From assembly GCA_965140585.1 (NCBI GenBank), contig OZ223267.1, positions 320,001 through 384,000 on the forward strand: 64,000 bases of DNA. The letters run 5' to 3'. Each line of letters starts with the position of its first letter. The stretch's first letter is position 1. Of the stretch, positions 30,836 to 40,372 are shown in pieces. This stretch comes from Spirochaetia bacterium (GTDB lineage Bacteria; Spirochaetota; Spirochaetia; UBA9216). Made by a program: the position numbers and the translations under genes. Below the pieces are notes generated by a model. It worked only from the letters and a program-made list of their open reading frames with translations, was not told the DNA's origin and searched no databases.

Positions 30836-31930
30836 TTATAAACGTTTAAGGTAATCGGCTGCAATTCGGTCTTCAGGAGCAAGCTCAAGAACTTTTCTGA
30901 AGTATTTTTCTGCATTAAGATTATCTTCACTTTTAAAGGAAACAATACCAAGATTTGAAAGAATTTTAATATTTTCAGGTTCCATCTTAAGAGCTGTAAG
31001 AAGGTGATTTCTGCTGGAATCAAGTGCACCGGTTTCCATCAGGCAGATAGCCAGTTCGTTATAGGTATCGACCTGATTAGAACCGTAGGATATAGCCTTA
31101 TTGAAAGCTTCGATTCCCTCTTTATATAGAGACTGTCTTCTGTAAGCCCATCCCAAAAGAAACCAGGCATTCCATACTTCAGGTTCATGTTCAAGAAAAT
31201 CTTTTATAAGAGAGATTCCCTTATCTTCGTGTCCCATTCTGATAGCATCATATGCTTCATAGAATAAGGAGTCAGAATTCTTTTTCTTTGATAGTTCTGA
31301 AACAATAGGTTTTATTTTATCAATTTTCTCTTTATCAGAAGACTTCTCAATAAATATTGTCAGATGTTCCAGTGCTTTATCAAGGTTGTTTTTTTTCAGA
31401 AAAAACAACCCGGAGTTAAAGTGGACCTCTGTTGAATCAGGATATAATGCAAGCAGTTTCTTGTAAGCCTCGAATGCTTTTTCGTTGCAGATATCAGAAA
31501 GTTCTGCTTTTTCAAGAGCCAGGTACGAATCTGCCATTTCTTCATACAGAAGAGCAGTGTTGAGGATTGTTGTAAAATCACCGGGAAGGAGACCTGTAAG
31601 AGAAGTAAATATTTCTTCTGCTAATGCATAATCTTTCTCAGTAGCCTTCGCAATAGCTGCTGATGTGAGTTCATGTTTTATATCCGGTCTGACTGCCAGT
31701 ATCAGCTTCCTGTAATAATCACAGTCCTGATGTTCAGGGTCGTATGCAAGTATTTTTAGAGCTGCAGCGATTATCATCTCCCAGCTGAGGTTATTTATAT
31801 CAGAATAGCCATTGTCCGGGTTGATTTCCACAGGAAGTAGAATTGAAGGATCAATTTCTTTTATGTTGTCTTTATTAATATCTTCCGGCAGTGAAATATA
31901 TACTATGTTCTTTAAAATATCTTCTTTCAT
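30836..31930 (-). CDS. Tetratricopeptide repeat protein
   Basis: Multiple TPR helices (WNAWFLLGWAYRR, TYNELAIC.ME, ILSNLG). Confidence 0.9.
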   Translation of the reverse strand: MKEDILKNIVYISLPEDINKDNIKEIDPSILLPVEINPDNGYSDINNLSWEMIIAAALKILAYDPEHQDCDYYRKLILAVRPDIKHELTSAAIAKATEKDYALAEEIFTSLTGLLPGDFTTILNTALLYEEMADSYLALEKAELSDICNEKAFEAYKKLLALYPDSTEVHFNSGLFFLKKNNLDKALEHLTIFIEKSSDKEKIDKIKPIVSELSKKKNSDSLFYEAYDAIRMGHEDKGISLIKDFLEHEPEVWNAWFLLGWAYRRQSLYKEGIEAFNKAISYGSNQVDTYNELAICLMETGALDSSRNHLLTALKMEPENIKILSNLGIVSFKSEDNLNAEKYFRKVLELAPEDRIAADYLKRL

Positions 31931-31933
31931 AAG

Positions 31934-32767
31934 TTAACCTGATACCGGAGGCGGTGGTGCTGCCCCGGGTTTAATTCCGGACAAATAGTCGTTGATAAGA
32001 ACTTTGTACTCTATAGGTATAAGTTTTTCTTCAAACTGAATTGCAATGGATGCAATGTCCTTCCTGTCCGCTATCGGTTCGAATCGAACTACTTTACCAG
32101 GTATCTTCAGAATAAGATCATTCTCTTCAATATCAAGACGGATCAACGCAACCTTATTAACAAGGAATTTTGCGATACCTGCTATTATAAGCTTAGTGCC
32201 TGAAAAGGATATGTCTCTAATAATGGCTTTTCTGGGAATATTGTCTATTAGAACTATAACGCTTTTAGACTTTAATCCAATTTTGCGGATAATATTATCG
32301 TTTATCTGAATTCTTTCTTCTTTTCTTTTCTGAGAATTAAGGTTTGTTTCAAGTAGTCTGCCCAGCTTTGCTATAAGATCATCAGGCGGCTGCTGAGTGT
32401 AGCTGAGGTTGATTAGTGACAGATCACTGTTTTCATCGCCATATTTACTGAATCCTGCAACTCTTGCTGATACATAAAAGACCAGGGGCGCAGCTTTATC
32501 AGGAATCTTAAAACTGAATTGAAGAGATGCAAAGTTATTTGCAGCTTTAATTTTTGTGTGAAAATCTTCTTTTATACTGGCAACGACTTTGGCTCCCCTC
32601 ATGGAGCTTGAATAGACAAAGCAAGGCCAGTATTCGCCTTTGCATTTCAGAAGATTGTTACGCGGCATAAGGCCTGTTGCTCTTATGACGTCTTTATTGA
32701 ATGCAACTTCAACATCACCAAACTGTTTAAAATAATTGGTAATCTGCTGTCCTGTAATTAGTGCCAT
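31934..32767 (-). CDS. PilZ-domain protein (PlzA-like c-di-GMP receptor)
   Basis: RKEER (RxxxR) and DISFSG; start set at MALITG because the upstream ORF extension lies inside the 6S RNA. Confidence 0.85.
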   Translation of the reverse strand: MALITGQQITNYFKQFGDVEVAFNKDVIRATGLMPRNNLLKCKGEYWPCFVYSSSMRGAKVVASIKEDFHTKIKAANNFASLQFSFKIPDKAAPLVFYVSARVAGFSKYGDENSDLSLINLSYTQQPPDDLIAKLGRLLETNLNSQKRKEERIQINDNIIRKIGLKSKSVIVLIDNIPRKAIIRDISFSGTKLIIAGIAKFLVNKVALIRLDIEENDLILKIPGKVVRFEPIADRKDIASIAIQFEEKLIPIEYKVLINDYLSGIKPGAAPPPPVSG

Positions 32768-32770
32768 AAA

Positions 32771-32945
32771 AAACCCCGCGATGCCGCTTGAGGAAAAATC
32801 TCTTGAACTCCAGGGTTCAAGTGGGTTTCCTTTTCGATGCATCCTGTTCGCCAATTGGAAAACAATTCAACACAGAAATATGGAATCCCGTTTCTGAGGT
32901 TTGTCCCAAGAGATTTACGCCCCGCCCGAACATCGCAGGGTAAAT
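32771..32945 (-). ncRNA. ssrS: 6S RNA
   Basis: About 175 nt directly downstream of zapA; terminal stem CCCTGCGATGTTCG/CGGCATCGCGGGG; internal CTTGAACC element; long rod-like complementarity. Confidence 0.85.
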
Positions 32946-32946
32946 C

Positions 32947-33243
32947 TTAATTTAGACTTTTGTCGATCCTCTCCATTATCTGAAGCGTCAATCTCTCAAC
33001 TTCGTCAAATTCCTTATTCCGGTCACCCCTGGACTTTTGTTTTTCTTTCAAAAGTTCATCAATTATAATGATACTAGAAATAATTGAATTTTTCAAAGGG
33101 TCTTTTATCCCCATTTCAGATTCAACTGTTTCAGTTTTTTTTCTGAGGTAATCCAGAATCTCTTCCATTTTACTGTTGTCTTCATCAGTCTGAATGGCAA
33201 ATGAAGTTCCCAGCAAGTTAACCCGGAAGAGACTCTTATCCAT
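32947..33243 (-). CDS. zapA: Cell division protein ZapA
   Basis: V.LLG.SF.I N-terminus, IDEL, C-terminal coiled coil; zapB-zapA-6S order. Confidence 0.8.
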   Translation of the reverse strand: MDKSLFRVNLLGTSFAIQTDEDNSKMEEILDYLRKKTETVESEMGIKDPLKNSIISSIIIIDELLKEKQKSRGDRNKEFDEVERLTLQIMERIDKSLN

Positions 33244-33248
33244 AAGTT

Positions 33249-33689
33249 TTAGAAAATCTCCAGTTCAGGTGCCTTAACATCTTCAGATGATGAGCCTCCC
33301 GAGTTGTCGGGAACTTGAGGTTCGGTTTCAGGAACCACGGCAGGAACAGCCTGTGCTTCGGAATCAGTTTCCGCGCTCTCTGTCTTTATTTCATCTGAAC
33401 TGTCCAAGCCATCAGAAGACACCGGGGAAGGGGACTGGGCGTTCTGTTCCGGTGATGTTAATCTATCTTCAAGAACGTCAAGTTGAGAAAGTACATCTTT
33501 AATGCCTTCTTCTATTTCCCTCTGGTCATTTTTAAACGATGAGATCATCGATTCAAGTTTCTGTATATGTGCCTGATTTTCCTTGAGTCTGGTCCGCAAC
33601 AAGCCGTTCTCTTTTTTAAGAGATTCTATAACTTCGAGAGCCTTACGAACTTTTCCGTCAAGGCTCCGAACCTGCTCAATTGTCAGCAT
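33249..33689 (-). CDS. zapB: ZapB-like coiled-coil protein with acidic disordered tail
   Basis: L..KV.KAL..I..LK.EN..L pattern; upstream of zapA. Confidence 0.7.
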   Translation of the reverse strand: MLTIEQVRSLDGKVRKALEVIESLKKENGLLRTRLKENQAHIQKLESMISSFKNDQREIEEGIKDVLSQLDVLEDRLTSPEQNAQSPSPVSSDGLDSSDEIKTESAETDSEAQAVPAVVPETEPQVPDNSGGSSSEDVKAPELEIF

Positions 33690-33693
33690 TTAC

Positions 33694-34053
33694 TTATACT
33701 CCGGCAGCTTCTTTTGATTTTGAAACAAGAGCTGTGAATGCTGCGGGATCTTCAATTGCCATATTGGAAAGAGCTTTTCTATTAAGTTCAATCCCGGCTT
33801 TTGAAAGGCCGTGCATGAAAGTTGAGTAGTTAATATCATTAGATTTACATGCGGCTGAGATTCTGGTAATCCACAGTCTTCTGAAATCTCTCTTTTTCTT
33901 TTTTCTGTCTCTGTATGAGTAAAGCCCGGCTTTTGCTACTGCGTCTTTTGCGGCTCTGAAGTTTGTACTTCTTCGTCCCCAGTAACCTTTAGCCTGCTTA
34001 AGTATTTTTTTTCTTCGTTCGCTTCGTCTTGTACCGTCGACTGCTCTAGGCAT
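33694..34053 (-). CDS. rplT: 50S ribosomal protein L20
   Basis: AKGYWGRRS, YRDRKKKKRDFRRLWI.RI, LNRKAL. Confidence 0.98.
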   Translation of the reverse strand: MPRAVDGTRRSERRKKILKQAKGYWGRRSTNFRAAKDAVAKAGLYSYRDRKKKKRDFRRLWITRISAACKSNDINYSTFMHGLSKAGIELNRKALSNMAIEDPAAFTALVSKSKEAAGV

Positions 34054-34076
34054 ATCTGTCTAACTCCTTTGATATC

Positions 34077-34274
34077 TTATCCGTAAGGTAATAGCTTTTT
34101 AGCTACAGCTGTCTCCGCGGGACTCAATATACCGTTTTTGCGGAGTTTCCTTTTTCTTTTTGTACTTTTCTTTGTAAGAATGTGCCTCAAGCCCTGTTTC
34201 TTGTATTTCACCTTACCGGAAGCGGTAAGAGAATATCTCTTTGCGGCAGATTTTCTTGTCTTCATCTTAGGCAT
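34077..34274 (-). CDS. rpmI: 50S ribosomal protein L35
   Basis: [13 protein letters not shown]...HILTKKS.KRKRKL. Confidence 0.98.
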   Translation of the reverse strand: MPKMKTRKSAAKRYSLTASGKVKYKKQGLRHILTKKSTKRKRKLRKNGILSPAETAVAKKLLPYG

Positions 34275-34291
34275 AGTAACCCTCTTTAAAA

Positions 34292-34816
34292 TTAATTCTT
34301 AGAATTTTTTGGACTTAGTATCATAGACATAAACCTGCCTTCCATCTGAGGGGGTCTGTCAAGATTAAAGGAACCTTCAATAGCTGCCATTACTTTTTCA
34401 AGAACAACTTTACCCAGCTCCGTATGCGCCAGCTCCCGTCCACGGAACCGCACAGTGACCTTTACTTTATTGCCTTCTTCAAGGAATTCCTTAACATGCT
34501 TGGCTTTGAACTCAAGATCATGCTTTTCAATTTTAGGCTGCATCCGAATTTCTTTCATTTTGACAAGTTTCTGTTTTTTCTTGGATTCTCTGAGCTTTTT
34601 TTCCTGCTCGAATCTGTACTTGCCGTAATCGAGAATCTTACAAACTGGAGGATTAGCCTGTGGAGCTACCTCCACAAGGTCGAGACCTGCCTCTTTTGCC
34701 ATATTAAGTGCATCAGCGACAGCGATAACTCCATGCTGTTCACCGCCGTCATCGATAAGACGTACTTCTTTGACGCGGATTTTTTCGTTTATTCTAAGTT
34801 CTTTTGCAGCCAACAT
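34292..34816 (-). CDS. infC: Translation initiation factor IF-3
   Basis: [19 protein letters not shown]...[17 protein letters not shown]. Confidence 0.98.
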   Translation of the reverse strand: MLAAKELRINEKIRVKEVRLIDDGGEQHGVIAVADALNMAKEAGLDLVEVAPQANPPVCKILDYGKYRFEQEKKLRESKKKQKLVKMKEIRMQPKIEKHDLEFKAKHVKEFLEEGNKVKVTVRFRGRELAHTELGKVVLEKVMAAIEGSFNLDRPPQMEGRFMSMILSPKNSKN

Positions 34817-35046
34817 TACTCCTTATTCTAAAAGGGCTAAAAAGATTTATGTAATATATCATCACATAAAAAAAGAGTCAAATGGGTGTAACGTACTATA
34901 ATTAAATAAATTATTTGAATCAATCCCTAAAATTTTTGACATTGAAAATTCTATTCACTAATATTGAATTTAGGAGAGAAAAGCTGGAAGCTAAACTGAT
35001 ATTCAGACAATTACTAAGTGTAAACAGCATGATGAGAAGCAGATTG

Positions 35047-35418
35047 ATGGGCTACATAATGAAGACAAACCTCTATAGCCTGAAAAATCTCATGTCTTAC
35101 TGTATCGAAGTTAAATCCAAACAGGCAGATGAACTGAAAGAAATTTACGATAAGATACCTGAAAACAGTGTTTACAGCAATTCTACATCAATGCTGATTG
35201 AAAAACTTAAATCAATGGGATTTCCTGATAATATCACAGATGAAAAATCTCTTAATAAATTTACGGATATAATAGAATTTGAAGTGATTGTATTCAGCCA
35301 GTTAAGTGAACAGACTGAGGATCCGGAGGTAAGTCATCAGTTAAACAGTTTCTCAAACTCGGCATTAAAATTAAAAAAATGGCTTCTAACACAGTATGAA
35401 TTAATGCAGCTTGTCTGA
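35047..35418 (+). CDS. Hypothetical helical protein (start uncertain)
   Basis: Promoter TTGACA-N17-TAATAT at 34936-34964 lies inside the 5' part of the longer ORF, so the true start is downstream (ATG 35029, 35047 or 35059). Confidence 0.55.
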   Translation: MGYIMKTNLYSLKNLMSYCIEVKSKQADELKEIYDKIPENSVYSNSTSMLIEKLKSMGFPDNITDEKSLNKFTDIIEFEVIVFSQLSEQTEDPEVSHQLNSFSNSALKLKKWLLTQYELMQLV

Positions 35419-35464
35419 GAGTTTGCTTGATGTAATTCAAAGCCTGTGCTAATCTCAAATTGAT

Positions 35465-36112
35465 ATGACACTATTTCTGTTAACAGCCGTTCCGGTCTAT
35501 TTTATTATCATCGACAGCATGTCTCTTACAACGCAAATTCCAATTGCGGCAAAAATGCGGGATATTCTATATGGTGTATTTGTTTTTGCTGGTTCCGCGG
35601 TAATCTACAATATTATTCGAATGAGTTTTATTTCTCAAAGCTTCAGTTACAGCGGAATATTTAATTATTTTCTTATGCACGACCATCTGCTTCAGTTTGC
35701 TCTCGGGTTGGCTGGTTACCTTCTTGTTTATGGTACTTCAGTGACAGATTCAGAATCAGAACTTTTAAGCAGAAACCTGACCTTTTTTGCAGGATTCTAT
35801 CTGCTTTGGCCTGTAAATGATGTCATAATCAGCTACGGATGGTATAACACATACCTGCTACTCCTGCTTCCTTTTCAGCGGTTAATTGTTATTTCCACAG
35901 CTGCCTTTCTGATGACGGTCTCTCGAAACTTTGAAAGCTGGAAAAAAGGATTAGTAATTGCTTCCACTGTACTTGTCCCGGTATTAAACACATGTGTGGC
36001 TATGTTGTGGAGACTCTCTCTTGATATCTTTTCAATAATTCTTACCATTGTAATTTTTCTCAGCTCAACAGCTCTGTTTGTAATGAAATATAAAAAAAGG
36101 ATTACTGCATAA
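35465..36112 (+). CDS. Hypothetical integral membrane protein (6-7 TM)
   Basis: Repeated hydrophobic helices; promoter TTGATG-N17-TAATCT just upstream. Confidence 0.75.
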   Translation: MTLFLLTAVPVYFIIIDSMSLTTQIPIAAKMRDILYGVFVFAGSAVIYNIIRMSFISQSFSYSGIFNYFLMHDHLLQFALGLAGYLLVYGTSVTDSESELLSRNLTFFAGFYLLWPVNDVIISYGWYNTYLLLLLPFQRLIVISTAAFLMTVSRNFESWKKGLVIASTVLVPVLNTCVAMLWRLSLDIFSIILTIVIFLSSTALFVMKYKKRITA

Positions 36113-36148
36113 AAGCAGTAATCCCTGTAATTCACTGTCAGCTGTATT

Positions 36149-37486
36149 TTATCCGAAAAAACCTGCATGAAGTTTACTTATGGCATCATCTGTATGCTTT
36201 TCCGGAACAACCAGTGTCAGATTGATTCTTGATGCACCGAGAGAAATCATTCTGATGGGAATACCCTCAAGTGTTTGAAAAATTCTGGCGACAACGGCGG
36301 AATCCTTCCATAAATCTTCCCCGACAAGACAAACAATACTCTTGTCAGTCTCAACATTGACCCTCCCGAAAAGGTTCAGTTCAGCGGTGATTGCTTCCAG
36401 TTTGCTCTGGTTCTCAATAGTCATTGAAACAGATACTTCTGATGTTGTGACTATATCGACTGAAGTCTTGTATTTTTCAAAAACTGTGAATATTTTTGCA
36501 AGAAATCCATAGGCATTTACCATTCGGCCTGTTTTAATTTCGATAAGGGTTATATTTTTTTTTCCGGATATGGCCTTAAGCCCTGTTTTGCCTGATGAGG
36601 GGGCGATGGTTGTGTAGATTCCGTCCGGATCATTAGTACTTTTTACAAGAACAGGTATTTCACGGTCGACAGCAGGAACGATTGTTGATGGATGCACTAC
36701 CTTTGCCCCGAAGAAAGCCAGTTCGGCAGCTTCATCATAGCTGACCTGCGGAATAGTCTTAGCTTCGGGAACTATACGCGGATCAGTAGTCATTATACCG
36801 TTTACATCAGTCCAGATCTGAACCTCCTCGGCATCAAGTGCCGCACCGTATATAGTAGCCGAATAATCAGAACCACCGCGCCCGAGTGTTGTTGTTGCAC
36901 CATCAAGATTGGTCGCAATGAAACCCTGAGCAACATAAAGCTTTCCTGCCACCGCAGAAACGGCGCCGCGAATCAATTCACCTGTTTTATCCATATAAGG
37001 GAGAGCAGAATTAAAATTATCATCGGTTTTCACAAGCTTTCGTGAATCAAGAAGTATAGCGTCAATACCTCTTTCCCGTGCTCTGGCTGCAATAAGGGTA
37101 GTTGCAAGCAATTCTCCGAAAGAGAGAATTGCATCGGTGCTTCTGGGGCTGCATTCTCTTAAGAGTGCAAGCCCCTTAACAAGAGAAGCAAGCTCAGTAA
37201 AAAGATCTTCAACTCTCTCAGCTGCAAAACGCAGATTATTTCCGCTTAAAAAACTGTTAATTGCGAAGAAGTGACTGTTTTTGATTTCCTCGAGGATTGA
37301 AAATGCCAGTTCCTGATCCCCCGATACCGCAGCCTGTGATATTGCAACTAATTTATCGGTTGTTTTTCCCATTGCGGATGAAATCAGAAGCGGTGCCTTA
37401 TCAAGCTGTTTTTCAGCAATATTAAGGGCCTTGTCGATCATTTCGGTGTTCTGAACAGAAGTTCCCCCGAATTTCATTACGATCAT
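36149..37486 (-). CDS. lysC: Aspartokinase (lysine-sensitive type)
   Basis: MKFGGTSV, TTTLGRGGSDYSA, WTDVNG..T.DPRIV, FGAKVVHP, two ACT domains. Confidence 0.96.
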   Translation of the reverse strand: MIVMKFGGTSVQNTEMIDKALNIAEKQLDKAPLLISSAMGKTTDKLVAISQAAVSGDQELAFSILEEIKNSHFFAINSFLSGNNLRFAAERVEDLFTELASLVKGLALLRECSPRSTDAILSFGELLATTLIAARARERGIDAILLDSRKLVKTDDNFNSALPYMDKTGELIRGAVSAVAGKLYVAQGFIATNLDGATTTLGRGGSDYSATIYGAALDAEEVQIWTDVNGIMTTDPRIVPEAKTIPQVSYDEAAELAFFGAKVVHPSTIVPAVDREIPVLVKSTNDPDGIYTTIAPSSGKTGLKAISGKKNITLIEIKTGRMVNAYGFLAKIFTVFEKYKTSVDIVTTSEVSVSMTIENQSKLEAITAELNLFGRVNVETDKSIVCLVGEDLWKDSAVVARIFQTLEGIPIRMISLGASRINLTLVVPEKHTDDAISKLHAGFFG

Positions 37487-37554
37487 ATCGTTCTCCTTGT
37501 GTGATGAATATGACCCGAATCATTTAATAAAAGGAAGGTAGACTGGTTGGTCTG

Positions 37555-37722
37555 TCCAATAGCTCTCCACTTTTAAAGTGACAGTTCCCAAGGTGTTAAC
37601 CTCAGACCCCAGGGGTGAACAACAGGATGTCCATTCCCTTCGGCGGCGGCCCCTTTCAAATCTGCAATCTAAAATCCTGTTTTCAATGCAGCTTACTGAT
37701 GACCAACCGCGCCTCTATTGAC
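37555..37722 (-). ncRNA. Lysine riboswitch (L-box) aptamer
   Basis: Minus strand AGAGGCGC...AGTAA...GAAAGGGG..CGCCGAA...CTGGG...AACTGTC...GGAGAGCTA; kissing-loop complementarity AACAGGAT/ATCCTGTT; upstream of lysC. Confidence 0.93.
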
Positions 37723-37833
37723 CCGGAAAAAATTATAATTCCTTCTATCACATAGCCGAATTTAAGTCAATAATCGGTAATGAAGCACTTTGTTATTTGA
37801 CAACAGCCCTAACAACTGATTAATATGCTGGTA

Positions 37834-40275
37834 ATGAAAGCATCTGAGCGTTTGTCTGAAGAAGTAATTGAAATTTTAAGAGAGGCTGTCTCTGAAGCCG
37901 CAGGAAATGAAGTAATGGCCTGGGGGCGGGTTCTCCATGGAATTATCACTGATGTGACCATCGCTGCAAGAGGTGATGAAGGTTCAGTACCTGCCGTTTT
38001 TGCGCATATGCAGAAAGGTGATGTTGTTATTCATAACCATCCGGGCGGACTCCTAAAACCTTCATCGGCTGATATGCAGGTAGCCGGTCGGCTAGGTGAA
38101 TCAGGAATAGGCTTTTATATAGTAGATAATGAAGTAAACCGTGTATATGCGGTAGTCGAACCTATAGAATCTGCGGAGATCAGTGTAATAAAAACTGATG
38201 AGCTTGCAGCACTGCTGGAGCCTGAGGGGAGAATGTCGCTGGAACTTGATTCAGGCGGATATTATGAATACAGACCTCCCCAGGTTGCAATGCTTAAAAG
38301 GGTAGCTGAAAGTTTTAATGAAAGCAGGGTCTGCATTGCCGAGGCCGGAACGGGTGTCGGTAAATCAATGGCTTATCTTCTGCCTGCAATAAACTGGGCT
38401 GATATGAATAATGAGCGGGTTGTTGTTTCTACAGCAACTATAAATCTTCAGCATCAGCTGCTTGACAAGGACATCCCAATGGCTAAGAAAGTTCTTGGTT
38501 CAAAGTGCCGTGCGGTTCTTGTAAAGGGAAGGGGGAATTACATCTGCCTCAGGAGACTTGCTGCAGCCCTCGATGAACAGACACTGTTTGATGATGGAAA
38601 CGAGGAGCTTCAGTCCATAAAAGACTGGTCTGAGCATACCGCGACCGGAGTGCGTGAAGATATTCCGTTTTATCCGTCAGCCTCTGTCTGGAATAATGTA
38701 AATTCAGAGGGTGATTCCTGTCAGGGAATACGATGCAGGAGCCGTGAGAAATGCTTTGTTCTTAAAATGAAGAAGGAAGCCGCCTCAGCCAAACTTCTGG
38801 TTGTAAACCATCATCTGCTGTTTTCTGATCTCGCAATGCGTGTGGGCGGTGCCGGTTTTGAAAACTCGGTTGTTCTGCCTCCATTTTCCAGAATTGTATT
38901 TGATGAGGCGCATAATATGGAGAGCAGCGCTACAAGCTTCTTTTCATCAGAGCTGAATATATTTTCTATTATGAAACAGACCGGACTGCTCTACAGCAAG
39001 AAGAGGGGGAGAAGCTTCGGAGCTGTCATAAATCTCCAGATAGAGGCCGGAGCAACTGAGGATGACGAGAAAATACCGGGGATGGTTGAAGATGTCCGGG
39101 AAAGCATGCGTAAACTTGATGAAGCGGCGCTTGAAATACTGGGCGGTGAATCTAGTATTCGTCTTCGTCGTGGTGCGGAAGAGCCGTTCACCGGTATTAT
39201 TATTCCGTTAATGACCGAGCTTCAGCAGCGAATCCTCGACTGTGTTCAGGCTGTTGAGGGAATAATAAGGCGAATGGATGAAAAGGATCAGGAGCTTCCT
39301 GTTGTTTTTGATGTCCGGATTCTGCAGCGGCGTCTGGAGTCTCTTGCTTCGGTTTGCCAGTCATTTACCATGTGGGATGAGAAGCCGGGTGATGTATTCT
39401 GGATAGAAAAGAAGAAGGGCAGCAGCGGGGAACCTTTTGTCCGTTTTGTTGTTACTCCTCTGGATATTTCGCATATGATGCGAGAGGCTGTTTTCGGACC
39501 TTATGAAACAGTCGTATGCACATCTGCAACTATATCAGTTAATCGTGATTTCAGATTCTGGGCTTCGAGGGTCGGTCTGAGCGGTTTTGAAGACAGGGAG
39601 GTCTCAGCCTCTGTTTTTAATTCACCATTTCCTTACAGGGAAAATGTCCTGTTATGCCTGCCTCAGGATGCACCGGATCCAGCCGATCCTTCCTACGGAT
39701 TTTTTGTATCGGATTTTATAATTAAGCTGCTTGAAGTTTCCGAGGGCAGGGCTCTTCTGCTTTTTACGTCATACAGGGCATTATCGGATACCTACGAGGC
39801 TGTCAAACCTTCACTCGACCAGCTCGGAATAACATCCTTGAAGCAGGGCGATGATGACAGGAGCCGTTTGCTCGAAAAGTTTAAAACAGATACTGCCAGT
39901 GTCCTTTTTGCAACCAGTTCGTTCTGGGAGGGGATAGATACTCCCGGCGAGTCTTTAAAAGTTGTTGTAATCTGTAAATTACCCTTTATGGTTCCGACTG
40001 ACCCGGTAATTTCCGCCCGTATGGAGGCCATTGAGGCTAGAGGCGGTAATCAGTTTATGGAGTTTATGCTTCCTGAGGCAGTAATTAAATTCAAGCAGGG
40101 GTTCGGCAGGCTGATGAGGCGCTCTACTGATTCAGGAGTCGTAGCTGTTCTTGATTCCCGTCTGCTGACCAAGGCCTACGGCAAAATCTTCATCAACTCT
40201 CTGCCGGAAACAGGAAAATCGGTGAAACAGTCGGAACATATTCTCTCGGATGCCGAGAATTTTCTTTATAAATGA
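37834..40275 (+). CDS. DinG/YoaA family Fe-S helicase with N-terminal JAB/RadC-like domain
   Basis: EAGTGVGKS, KGRGNYIC, DEAH, SATI, FWEGID, KQGFGRLMR; N-terminal E...HNHP....PS.AD. Confidence 0.9.
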   Translation: MKASERLSEEVIEILREAVSEAAGNEVMAWGRVLHGIITDVTIAARGDEGSVPAVFAHMQKGDVVIHNHPGGLLKPSSADMQVAGRLGESGIGFYIVDNEVNRVYAVVEPIESAEISVIKTDELAALLEPEGRMSLELDSGGYYEYRPPQVAMLKRVAESFNESRVCIAEAGTGVGKSMAYLLPAINWADMNNERVVVSTATINLQHQLLDKDIPMAKKVLGSKCRAVLVKGRGNYICLRRLAAALDEQTLFDDGNEELQSIKDWSEHTATGVREDIPFYPSASVWNNVNSEGDSCQGIRCRSREKCFVLKMKKEAASAKLLVVNHHLLFSDLAMRVGGAGFENSVVLPPFSRIVFDEAHNMESSATSFFSSELNIFSIMKQTGLLYSKKRGRSFGAVINLQIEAGATEDDEKIPGMVEDVRESMRKLDEAALEILGGESSIRLRRGAEEPFTGIIIPLMTELQQRILDCVQAVEGIIRRMDEKDQELPVVFDVRILQRRLESLASVCQSFTMWDEKPGDVFWIEKKKGSSGEPFVRFVVTPLDISHMMREAVFGPYETVVCTSATISVNRDFRFWASRVGLSGFEDREVSASVFNSPFPYRENVLLCLPQDAPDPADPSYGFFVSDFIIKLLEVSEGRALLLFTSYRALSDTYEAVKPSLDQLGITSLKQGDDDRSRLLEKFKTDTASVLFATSSFWEGIDTPGESLKVVVICKLPFMVPTDPVISARMEAIEARGGNQFMEFMLPEAVIKFKQGFGRLMRRSTDSGVVAVLDSRLLTKAYGKIFINSLPETGKSVKQSEHILSDAENFLYK

Positions 40276-40320
40276 TTTTGATTTAGAAAAGTGATGTTAG
40301 CTTTCAGGCAGCAATTGATA

Positions 40321-40350
40321 AAAAAAAGGATACCGCATCGCGGTATCCCC
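40321..40350 (-). terminator. Rho-independent terminator of groES
   Basis: GGATACCG-N5-CGGTATCC stem followed by a U-tract on the minus strand. Confidence 0.85.
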
Positions 40351-40372
40351 TGATCTGTATCAGATAAGTAGA

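Noticed and set aside
32768-32854. 29-aa N-terminal extension of the PilZ ORF
   Set aside because: Lies inside the 6S RNA; most likely a chance open frame
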